A DNA stretch of 64,000 bases from positions 6,616-70,615 of the forward strand of contig VFYY01000001.1 in assembly GCA_016871375.1 (NCBI GenBank), given 5' to 3'. The translations under genes were made by a program, and so were the position numbers. The DNA is from Acidimicrobiia bacterium. Lineage in GTDB: Bacteria > Acidobacteriota > Vicinamibacteria > Vicinamibacterales > UBA2999. Below, piece after piece: positions 9,457 through 18,837 of the stretch. Below the pieces are notes generated by a model that saw only the letters and a program-made list of their open reading frames with translations, did not search any database and was not told the DNA's origin. Every line of letters begins with the position of its first letter. The stretch's first letter is position 1.

Positions 9457-11900
9457 GATGCGGTCGCTGCCAGTCGCATCCTACGGGCGGCTCCGCGGGC
9501 TGTCAACCACTCGCGGGCGCAGGCCAGCAGCAGCGCCAGGGCGGTCACCAGCGTCACGCCCAGCCCCGCGTAGAACTGGAGCGGCCGGTAGCGGAAGCGG
9601 ACTTCGTGCGGTCCCGGCGCCAGGCGCACGGCGCGGTAGATGCCGTTGGCGCGGAGCAGCTCGGCAGGCTCGCCGTCCACTTCGACCTGCCACCCCGGGT
9701 CGTACGTGTCGAGCGCGTTCACGTAACCACCACCTGCGCCAACCGACGCACTGATCAGCACCTCTGTGTTGCGCTCGCTGACGATGCGCGCGCGCGGCGG
9801 CCCCGGAGCGCCGGGCCGTCCGGCGGGCGGCGGCGGCTCCCGCTCGAGCAGCACTTCCGCGTACGGATCGTGCGCGGCCTCGAAGAGCGGACGGATCTGG
9901 TCGCGGCGCACGGAGACGACGCGGGCGGCAGGGGTTACGTAGACGCGCCGCGGCGAGGTCTCACATGCATACAGCGCCATCGGCGTCGTGGACAGATTGG
10001 GCGGCGTCAAGGGCTTCGCGCCGGGATGCGGCGGGTCGGCCATGTAGCAGTATCGGTTCCCCGTCCGCCGGATGAACCGAACGCGCTCCTCGGCGGACGC
10101 GCCGCCGAACATCTGGATCATCAGCGCGTACTCCGCCGGCCAGAGTTGTGGCAGGTCGTAGGAAACCGATTCCCGGACGCCCCAGACGGCCGGGAAGTAC
10201 GCGAACTCCGCGCCGAGCACCGCGTTGCCCTGTTCGAACGGCAGCGCGGCGTCCGAGGTATACGAGACCGCCGCGTCGACGGCCCTCGGCGCGCGCCGCG
10301 GCGGCTTGATGGGCGCCAGCACGCGGCCGCCGACGTACACCCGATCGGGATGACGGCGCGCGAGAGGCAGCCACGTCGGCGACGGGAGGGCCTCGGCCGC
10401 CATCGTCGGATGCGCGTCGCGGTTGATCACCAGCGGATCGACGATGGCGACCGCGCACACCAGCACCGCGGCCGCGGGCGCCTGGCGGTGGCCGCTCCAG
10501 ACGACGGCGACGAGCAGCGCGACGCCGCCGCTGATGGCCGCAACGGCAAGCAGCAGCGGCGGCGACGAGCTGACGATCCACTGCGTCGCCGCGGACGGAT
10601 CGGCGAATGCCAGTCCGTCTCCCAGCCGTGCCCAGACGGCGTGGATGACGTCCGGCGAGACAGAGGCGCCGAGGCCCAGGGTCACGCCGATCGCCGTCAC
10701 GGCGCCGGCGAGTGCGAGCGGGAGCACGGGCCGCCGCATCGCGCCTCGTCCACGGGCGTGGGCCAGCAGCGCGTCGGCGCCCATCGTGGCCAGCGCCGCG
10801 AGCGCGGCCATGGCGAAGACCAGGTACTTGACCGGAAAGCGGAACGACTGCACGAGCGGAAAGGCGCTCTGCAGCGCCGGGTAGAACGGCGTATATCGTC
10901 CGAGCGCGCACAGCAGCGCGACACCTGCCACCGCCCACCAGAAGACGCGGCGGCGGCGCGCGCCGGGCTCGCGCGAGGCCACGGCACCGAGCACCAGGGC
11001 GCCGACGCCGACATACAGCGTCACGAACAACGGCTCCCGGTTGTGAAAGGCGAGCATCCACGGCATGGTTTCCGCCTGGCCGGTCGCGGAATGGCCGAAC
11101 AGGTGCCCCACCATCAGCTCGCCGATTTCCAGCGGATGCAACGACCACGACACGTCATCGACACCGATGGCGCGCAGCGACCGGGTGGCTGCGAAGCCGA
11201 GCGGAAACGTCTGCACGGCCGACAGCAGCGCGCCCGCCGTCAGGGCAGCGGTGACGCGGATCACACGGAGCAGCCGCTCACGCCAGGCGACCGCGCCGTG
11301 CCCGAACGCCGCGTAGACGAGGACGAGGACGGCCGTACCGGCAAGCGTGACGGGCTCGCCTGTGATCGCCTGCAGCCCCATCCACGTCGCGAGCGTCGCG
11401 ACGCGGCCCGCGCCGGGCTCGTCCGCGAGGCGGTTGGTTGCCCATAACGCCCAGGGGATGCACGCGACCGCCCACGAGAGATTGGGAAAATTGCCCGTGG
11501 ACACGACCGGCCCGACCGCCACGAAGATCGCGGCACCGACGAAGGCCGACGCCGGCGACCCGTACCGCCGCAGCCAGAGCCACGCGCCGACGGCGGCGAC
11601 CGGAAACGGCGCCGCCACCCAGAAGTTGAAACCCGGAATCGGAGGAAGCGCCACCCGGACGAGCGTCACGGGCAGCAGGAAGAACTGGTTCAACGCGTCG
11701 GCAACCGCTGACTGTCCTCCCGCGGCGTACGGATCCCACCACGGCCAGTCGCCGCCGAGCACCGTCTCACGCAGCCACCGGTGGCGCGGCCAGAAATAAT
11801 TCGAGAGATCGCGCACGTAAAAGACGTGCGTCGTGGAAAACCCGCCGGCGACCGGGACCAGCGCGGCCACCGCGGCAAGCACCGGCCACAGACGTGTCAC
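9453..11900 (-). CDS. YfhO-family (GT-C-type) polytopic membrane protein
   Basis: 815 aa. The N-terminus has the YfhO-like pattern (FYVRDLSNYFWPRHRWLRETVLGGDWPWWDPYAAGGQ). There are many TM segments. The C-terminus is typical of the family: (YDPGWQVEVDGEPAELLRANGIYRAVRLAPGPHEVRFRYRP), followed by a final TM segment. GTG start overlaps the pilin stop (GTGA). Confidence 0.72.
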   Translation of the reverse strand: MTRLWPVLAAVAALVPVAGGFSTTHVFYVRDLSNYFWPRHRWLRETVLGGDWPWWDPYAAGGQSAVADALNQFFLLPVTLVRVALPPIPGFNFWVAAPFPVAAVGAWLWLRRYGSPASAFVGAAIFVAVGPVVSTGNFPNLSWAVACIPWALWATNRLADEPGAGRVATLATWMGLQAITGEPVTLAGTAVLVLVYAAFGHGAVAWRERLLRVIRVTAALTAGALLSAVQTFPLGFAATRSLRAIGVDDVSWSLHPLEIGELMVGHLFGHSATGQAETMPWMLAFHNREPLFVTLYVGVGALVLGAVASREPGARRRRVFWWAVAGVALLCALGRYTPFYPALQSAFPLVQSFRFPVKYLVFAMAALAALATMGADALLAHARGRGAMRRPVLPLALAGAVTAIGVTLGLGASVSPDVIHAVWARLGDGLAFADPSAATQWIVSSSPPLLLAVAAISGGVALLVAVVWSGHRQAPAAAVLVCAVAIVDPLVINRDAHPTMAAEALPSPTWLPLARRHPDRVYVGGRVLAPIKPPRRAPRAVDAAVSYTSDAALPFEQGNAVLGAEFAYFPAVWGVRESVSYDLPQLWPAEYALMIQMFGGASAEERVRFIRRTGNRYCYMADPPHPGAKPLTPPNLSTTPMALYACETSPRRVYVTPAARVVSVRRDQIRPLFEAAHDPYAEVLLEREPPPPAGRPGAPGPPRARIVSERNTEVLISASVGAGGGYVNALDTYDPGWQVEVDGEPAELLRANGIYRAVRLAPGPHEVRFRYRPLQFYAGLGVTLVTALALLLACAREWLTARGAARRMRLAATAS

Positions 11901-12412
11901 TGCAGGGGGTTGCCCGCGGTCATGTTCGCGAGTTGGACCACGTCGGCCCGTATCTGGCCGGTTTCGTCGGTGGCGAAGAACCGGACGCCGCTCGTGCCGG
12001 TCGCGTCGGGGTCGCCCTGAACGAAGAACGTGGAGGTCGAAGCGGCGGACGCGCTGTTGCAGGTATCGCCGGCCTCGAGCACGCTCGCGCCCGTGGCGGT
12101 GATCGTGAACTCATAGCCGCTCTTGGGCGTGCCGGCGGGAGTCGCCTCGGCCAGGTCAGCCGGGATGAACGCCGTGCCGCCCGGGGGCGCGGTGGCGAGA
12201 TCGGCCAGCGACGGCGCGTAGCCGCCACCGCCGCAGCCGGCGGCGTAGGTCATCTGCGCGCTGTGGATCGTCCGCATCGAGGCAATCGCCGACGCCTCGT
12301 TGCCCGACAGCTTCGCCCGCAGCAGGCCGGGGACGGCGATGGCCGCCAGAATCCCGATGACGGCGACGACCATCAGGAGTTCGATGAGCGTGAAGCCGCG
12401 GCTGTTCTGCAT
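11897..12412 (-). CDS. pilA: Type IVa pilin paralogue (second, distal copy)
   Basis: MQNSRG-FTLIELLMVVAVIGILAAIAVPGLLRAK: 6-residue leader plus canonical T4a pilin N-terminal helix. Two Cys (GCGGGGY ... DTCNSASAASTST) and a Ser/Thr-rich patch. Confidence 0.9.
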   Translation of the reverse strand: MQNSRGFTLIELLMVVAVIGILAAIAVPGLLRAKLSGNEASAIASMRTIHSAQMTYAAGCGGGGYAPSLADLATAPPGGTAFIPADLAEATPAGTPKSGYEFTITATGASVLEAGDTCNSASAASTSTFFVQGDPDATGTSGVRFFATDETGQIRADVVQLANMTAGNPLQ

Positions 12413-12421
12413 GGGTTCGTG

Positions 12422-12459
12422 CAGAGAAAAAGAGAGGGACGCCGCGCCGGCGTCCCTCT
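12422..12459 (-). terminator. Intrinsic terminator between the two pilin genes
   Basis: Minus strand reads AGAGGGACGCC-ggcgc-GGCGTCCCTCT followed by CTTTTTCTCT. That is an 11-bp GC-rich perfect stem, 5-nt loop and T-tract, starting about 20 nt after the stop of the upstream pilin. Confidence 0.8.
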
Positions 12460-12481
12460 TGGATCACGGACGCGATCGCCC

Positions 12482-13006
12482 TTACTGCAGGGCCGTGCCG
12501 CCGGTGATGTCGGTGAACACCGCGTCGGTCGCCTGGCGAATCTGGCCGCTGTGATCCGTCAGGAAATAGCGCGTGCCGCTGCTGCCCGGGTCCACCGGCT
12601 CGGCGGTCGCGTTGAAGCCCGACGTGGTCGTGCTCGAGTCGTTGCAGGCACCCGAGGCCAGAACGGTATCGCCCGCCGCGTTCACGTCGAACTCATAGCC
12701 GCTCTTCGGGGTCGTGTTGGCCACGTCCGCTGCCGCCAGGTCGGCCGGGATGAACGCGACGTTGGAACCCGGCGCGTTCGTTCCGAGCGTGTCGAGCGAG
12801 CCCGCATAGCCGCCGCCGCCGCAGCTCGAGGCGAACGTCGCCTGGCCGCTGCTGATGGTCCGAATCGACCCGATCGCGGAGGCCTCGTTGCCGGACATGC
12901 GCGCCCGGAGCAGGCCGGGGACCGCGATGGCCGCGATGATGCCGATGATCGCCACGACGATCAGCAGCTCGATCAGCGTGAAACCCTTGTTGTCGCGCAT
13001 TCTCAT
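12482..13006 (-). CDS. pilA: Type IVa major pilin candidate (promoter-proximal copy)
   Basis: MRMRDNKG-FTLIELLIVVAIIGIIAAIAVPGLLRAR. Two Cys and a Ser/Thr-rich patch (ACNDSSTTTSGFNAT). It has its own sigma-54 promoter, a GAGGAG RBS and a terminator. An alternative ATG lies at 13000. Confidence 0.92.
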   Translation of the reverse strand: MRMRDNKGFTLIELLIVVAIIGIIAAIAVPGLLRARMSGNEASAIGSIRTISSGQATFASSCGGGGYAGSLDTLGTNAPGSNVAFIPADLAAADVANTTPKSGYEFDVNAAGDTVLASGACNDSSTTTSGFNATAEPVDPGSSGTRYFLTDHSGQIRQATDAVFTDITGGTALQ

Positions 13007-13057
13007 ACAGGCAGGCTCCTCAGTTGTGTGCTGAAACGCTTAGCACCCCCCTTGAGG

Positions 13058-13072
13058 GCAACCCGTATGCCA
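13058..13072 (-). promoter_or_regulatory. Sigma-54 (-24/-12) promoter of the pilin gene
   Basis: Minus strand reads TGGCAT-ACGGG-TTGCC against the consensus TGGCAC-N5-TTGCW, with correct spacing. The -12 element is about 52 nt upstream of the ATG. A sigma-54 activator (PilR-like) is encoded immediately upstream. Confidence 0.75.
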
Positions 13073-13163
13073 CGCCGCCCTTGTGTGGCATGGAGACTAA
13101 GCCGCTCTTTCACAGAGAGTTAGGCCACCGACGCGAACCGTGATCGTGCGAAAGCGTGCACAA

Positions 13164-13193
13164 GCTGACAAAAACTGTCAGCGAGGGCTGACA
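13164..13193 (-). promoter_or_regulatory. Candidate enhancer (UAS) for the PilR-like activator
   Basis: Perfect palindrome GCTGACA-aaaac-TGTCAGC (13164-13182) plus a third GCTGACA half-site (13187-13193). It sits about 95-120 bp upstream of the sigma-54 promoter, the usual bEBP distance. (C/G)TGTC-type repeats are what I recall for PilR sites in Pseudomonas. Confidence 0.5.
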
Positions 13194-13237
13194 CTAATTG
13201 ACGATCTCGGAGGAAGCCCGCTCTCCCCGAGTCGTGC

Positions 13238-14679
<1,442 letters not shown>

Positions 14680-14683
<4 letters not shown>

Positions 14684-16347
14684 GAGGCGAGGCTCCCTGC
14701 GGCCACGCCTTCACGGACCGGGAACAGGACGCGCACGGTCGTGCCCACGCCGACGGTGGACGACACCTGGATGGAGCCGCCGTAGTCGGTGACGATGCGG
14801 TGCACGATCGCGAGCCCGAGGCCGCTGCCCTTCTCGAAGGAGGTGCGGAACGGCTGGAAGATGCTGTCCAGCTCCTCGGCGGGAATGCCGCGGCCTTCGT
14901 CCTGGACGGCGAGCACCAGCTCCCCCTCGCCGACGGCGGTGTTGTCCGTCACCGACAGCAGCAGGCGTCCGCCGCCAGGCATCGCGCGCAGGCCGTTGGT
15001 GGCGAGGTTCCAGACGATCTGGCGCACCTGGTTCTCGTCGGCCTCGTACCACGCCGGCTCCGCCGGAATGGCGACGTCCACGACGTGATCGCCGTGCACC
15101 TCCGCGCTGTTGCGCAGCAGGAGCGCGGTGTCCTGCACCACCTTGGCGATGTCGAGGCGCGCGACCGCGAACTTCTGCGGGCGGGCGTAGGCGAGGAACG
15201 AGCGGATCGTGTCGTTCAGGCGCTCCGACTCCTTGAGCACGATGTCCATGAGCTGCGCCTGGTCCTCGCTGAGCGGCAGCTCCTGGCGCAGGACCTGGAT
15301 CGAGCCCGACATGGACGCCAGCGGGTTGCGGATCTCGTGCGCGATGCCGGCCGCCATCTCGCCGACCGCGGCCAGACGCTGCTGCAGCCGCGCGTGCCGC
15401 TCGAGGCGCTTGACGTCGGTGACGTCCTGGAAGGTGAAGAGATATCCGTGGCGGCCGCTCGGGAAGGCGACCGTCGACGCCGTCATGCCGATGTCGATGC
15501 GGCGGCCGTCCGTGGTGCGGAACTCGACGTCGGAGCGGAGGCTGCGGCGCTCGGCGAGGTCGCTGAGGCGCGCGCGCATGGCGAGCGGCAGCTGCAGCAC
15601 TTCGGTGGCATCGTGGCCGACGGCCTGCTCCGCGGTCAGTCCGGTGATCTCCGCCGCGGACCGGTTGAACGTCAGCACGCGCAGGTCGCGGTCCGCCGTG
15701 ACCAGGCCGCTCAGCAGGCTCTCGATGACGTGCTCGTTGAAGGCGCGCAGGTCCTCGAGCTCGTGCGACGCGTCCTCGAGGCGCGCGTCCGCCGTCCGCC
15801 AGCCTTCGGCGAGCGCGCCGGAAAGGAGCGCCACGGCGACGAAGCCGAACAGGTTGATGGCGACGGTGTACTGCGCAAACTGCTGCGACGGCAGGTCGAG
15901 GCGGAGATCGCCGAGCCACGACCCGGGCCCGTACGGGAACACGTTGAGGTACTGCGCGGAGACGAGCGTCAGGTAGAGGATGGCGCTGAGCGCCGCGACC
16001 TGCAGGGCGCCGCGGCGGAACCGCACCATGCTCGCCGCCATGATGGGCAGCAGGTAGAGCGACGAGAAGTAGCTGGTGATGCCGCCCGTGAGCTGGATGA
16101 ACCCCGACACCAGGATCGCGTCGGCGCCGAGCTGGGCATCGGCGAGCCACAGGTGGCGGTCGACCAGGCGCAGGGTCCCCAGGTACGCCAGGCTCAGCGC
16201 GTAGGTCACCCCGATCAGGAAGAAGAACGGGTCGACCGGGAACGTGCCGGGCCTGTTCAGCTGAATCAGGATCGCCCAGCCGAGCAGCAGCGTGCTGACG
16301 ACGACCCTGACCGCGATCAGCGTGGAGAGCCGGGAGCGTAAATTCAT
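14680..16347 (-). CDS. pilS: Sensor histidine kinase, PilS-like
   Basis: Polytopic N-terminus (MNLRSRLSTLIAVRVVVSTLLLGWAILIQL...), PAS-like region, H-box GIAHEIRNPLASMSG, HATPase motifs (QDEGRGIP, GSGLGLAIV). Start moved to ATG 16347; upstream codons in the ORF track lie inside the heptamer repeat. Confidence 0.87.
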
Positions 16348-16409
16348 TTGCGATTTGCGATTTGTGATTTGTGATTTGCGTTTCCGATCGCAAATCACAA
16401 ATCACAAAT
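16346..16409. repeat. Heptanucleotide tandem repeat (ATTTGYG)5 + inverted (CRCAAAT)3; perfect 21-bp hairpin
   Basis: 16346-16380 is ATTTGCG ATTTGCG ATTTGTG ATTTGTG ATTTGCG, then an 8-nt loop, then 16389-16409 CGCAAAT CACAAAT CACAAAT. 16360-16380 is the exact reverse complement of 16389-16409. It fills the pilC-pilS spacer. Confidence 0.95.
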
Positions 16410-16419
16410 CCCCAATGTC

Positions 16420-17643
16420 CTAGCCTCCTCCCGTGAGCTCGCTGATGAGGCTGAAGATCGGCATGTACATCGCGATGACGATGCCGCCGACGACGCCGCC
16501 GAGGACCGCAATCATCATCGGCTCGAGCAGCGTCAGCAGGCCGGCGACCGCGACGTCGACCTCCTCTTCGTAGAAGTCGGCGATCTTCGACAGCATCGTG
16601 TCGAGCGCGCCCGTCGCCTCGCCGACGCCGATCATCTGCACCACCATCGGCGGGAAGACGGCGGTCTCACGCAGCGGCGCCGCAATCGTCTCGCCGCGCT
16701 CGATGCTGCGGCGCGTCGTGTAGATCGCGTCCTCGACGATGGCGTTGCCCGCCGTCTTGGCGGTGATGTCGAGCGCCTCGAGGATGGAGACGCCCGAGGC
16801 GAGGAGCGTCGACAGCGTGCGGCAGAACCGCGCCACCGCGATCTTCCGCATCAGCGGCCCGAGCACCGGCAGCTTGAGGACGATCCTGTCGACGACGTGG
16901 CGTCCCTTGTCGGTCGCGTAGTACTGCCGGAACGCGAAGCCGGCGGCAAAGAACCCCGCGATCAGGAACGGCCCAAAGCGCACCAGGTTGTTGCTGAGCG
17001 CGATGACGATGCGCGTCGGCAGCGGCAGCTCGGCGCCGAGGCCCGCAAACAGGTTGGCGAAGGTCGGAATGACCTTCCAGAGAATGACGCCGACGACCAC
17101 GGTGGCGATGACGACGACCGCGACCGGGTAGACCATCGCCGACTTCACCTGGCTCTGCAGCTTGACCGCCTTCTCGATGTAGGTGGCGAGCCGCTTGAGA
17201 ATGGTGTCGAGAATACCGCCCGCCTCACCCGCCGCGATCATGTTGGTGAAGAGCGGGTCGAACGTCTTCGGGTGCTTGCTCATCGCGTCGGCGAGCGACG
17301 CGCCGCCCTCGACGTCCCCGCGCGTGGCGAGAATGACCTCGGAGAAGTTCTTGTCCTCTTCCTGCGTGCCCAGGATCTCGAGGCACTGCACCAGGGGCAG
17401 GCCGGCGTCGATCATGACCGAGAACTGGCGGGTGAAGACCGCCAGGTTCTTCGGGTCGACCTTCTTGCCGCCCTTCTTCTTCACCGTCTTGGCGGCGGCC
17501 TTCTCCTTGACCGGGTTGATCTGCGTGACCAGGATCTGGTCGCGGCGCAGCGCGGCCACCGCCGCTTCCATGGAGTCGGCCTGGCGTTCGCCGGTCACGT
17601 TCTGCCCGGCGCGCGTCCGTCCGCTGTAGGCAAATGTGGTCAT
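16420..17643 (-). CDS. pilC: Type IV pilus platform protein PilC (GspF family)
   Basis: 407 aa with two GspF-type repeats (e.g. FTRQFSVMIDAGLPLVQCLEIL and FCRTLSTLLASGVSILEALDI). Context pilB-pilT-pilC. Confidence 0.95.
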   Translation of the reverse strand: MTTFAYSGRTRAGQNVTGERQADSMEAAVAALRRDQILVTQINPVKEKAAAKTVKKKGGKKVDPKNLAVFTRQFSVMIDAGLPLVQCLEILGTQEEDKNFSEVILATRGDVEGGASLADAMSKHPKTFDPLFTNMIAAGEAGGILDTILKRLATYIEKAVKLQSQVKSAMVYPVAVVVIATVVVGVILWKVIPTFANLFAGLGAELPLPTRIVIALSNNLVRFGPFLIAGFFAAGFAFRQYYATDKGRHVVDRIVLKLPVLGPLMRKIAVARFCRTLSTLLASGVSILEALDITAKTAGNAIVEDAIYTTRRSIERGETIAAPLRETAVFPPMVVQMIGVGEATGALDTMLSKIADFYEEEVDVAVAGLLTLLEPMMIAVLGGVVGGIVIAMYMPIFSLISELTGGG

Positions 17644-17653
17644 AGAGCTATCT

Positions 17654-17695
17654 CAAATCACAAATCGCAAATCGCAAATCACAAATCGCAAATGG
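17654..17695. repeat. Heptanucleotide tandem repeat (CAAATCR)6
   Basis: CAAATCA CAAATCG CAAATCG CAAATCA CAAATCG CAAATGG. Six direct units fill the pilT-pilC spacer. Same family as 16346-16409, with no inverted arm here. Confidence 0.95.
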
Positions 17696-17697
17696 GC

Positions 17698-18837
17698 CTA
17701 CCGTCCCACCACCGGGCGCTGGCCGGGCGCGGGCGGGCCGCCCGGGCGGCCGAGGCCCGCGCCGGCCACGACGCCGACGCCGCGGTTGATCATCTCCTGC
17801 AGCTCGTCGCGGTTCGACGACTTCTCCATGGCGTGCTCGAGCGTGATGAGCTTCTTCTGGTAGAGCGTGGCCAGCGACTGGTTCTGCGTCTGCATCCCGA
17901 ACTTCTCCTGGCCGGTCTGCATCGCCGAGTAGATCTGGTGGACCTTGTCCTCGCGGATCAGGTTCCGGATGGCGGGCGTCGGAATCATGATCTCGAGCGA
18001 GCAGACGCGGCCGCCGCCGACTTTCGGGACGAGCGCCTGGCAGACGATCCCCTCGAGCACGAGCGAGAGCTGCGTGCGGATCTGGCTCTGCTGGTGCGAG
18101 GGGAAGATGTCGATGATGCGGTTGATCGTCTGCGCCGCGGAGTTGGTGTGCAGGGTGCCGAACGTCAGGTGGCCCGTTTCCGCGATGCGCAGCGCCGCCT
18201 CGACGGTCTCGAGGTCGCGCATCTCGCCGATGAGCACGATGTCCGGGTCCTCGCGGAGGGCGGCACGCAGGGCGTCGGCGAAGCTCTTGGTGTCGGCGTG
18301 CACCTCGCGCTGGTTGACGAGGCAGCTCTGATGCTGGTGCACGAACTCGATCGGGTCCTCGATGGTGAGGATGTGCTCGTGCCGCTCCTTGTTGATCTTG
18401 TCGATCATCGCCGCCAGCGTCGTCGACTTGCCGCTGCCGGTCGGCCCGGTGACGAGGATCAGGCCGCGCGGCTTCTCGGCGAGCTGCGCGAGCACCGGCG
18501 GCAGCCCGAGCTCGTTGAAGCCGCGGATCTTCTCCGGGATGAGGCGGTAGACCGCGCCCACCGCGCCGCGCTGGTTGAACATGTTGCAGCGGAAGCGCGC
18601 GAGCCCCTTGATGCCGAACGAGAAGTCGAGCTCCAGCGCCTCCTCGAAGCGCTTCTTCTGCGCGTCGGTCAGCACGCTGTAGGTGAGCTGCTTGGTCTCC
18701 GAGGCGGTGAGGTCGGTGCCCTCGACGCGCTGGAGGTGGCCGTGGACGCGAATCTGCGGCGGCGTGTTGGTGGCGATGTGCAGGTCCGAGCCGCCGAGCT
18801 CGACGACCTTGTGCAGCAACTCAGGCAAATTGGCCAT
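17698..18837 (-). CDS. pilT: Type IV pilus retraction ATPase PilT
   Basis: MANLPELLHKVVELGGSDLHI..., Walker A GPTGSGKST, and the AIRNLIRE motif characteristic of PilT. Confidence 0.95.
   Translation of the reverse strand: MANLPELLHKVVELGGSDLHIATNTPPQIRVHGHLQRVEGTDLTASETKQLTYSVLTDAQKKRFEEALELDFSFGIKGLARFRCNMFNQRGAVGAVYRLIPEKIRGFNELGLPPVLAQLAEKPRGLILVTGPTGSGKSTTLAAMIDKINKERHEHILTIEDPIEFVHQHQSCLVNQREVHADTKSFADALRAALREDPDIVLIGEMRDLETVEAALRIAETGHLTFGTLHTNSAAQTINRIIDIFPSHQQSQIRTQLSLVLEGIVCQALVPKVGGGRVCSLEIMIPTPAIRNLIREDKVHQIYSAMQTGQEKFGMQTQNQSLATLYQKKLITLEHAMEKSSNRDELQEMINRGVGVVAGAGLGRPGGPPAPGQRPVVGR

Noticed and set aside
16346-16409. Heptamer repeat arrays considered as possible CRISPR arrays.
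   Set aside because: The units are 7 nt and directly abutting with no unique spacers. The arrays are 40-80 nt long and no cas genes are in the window.
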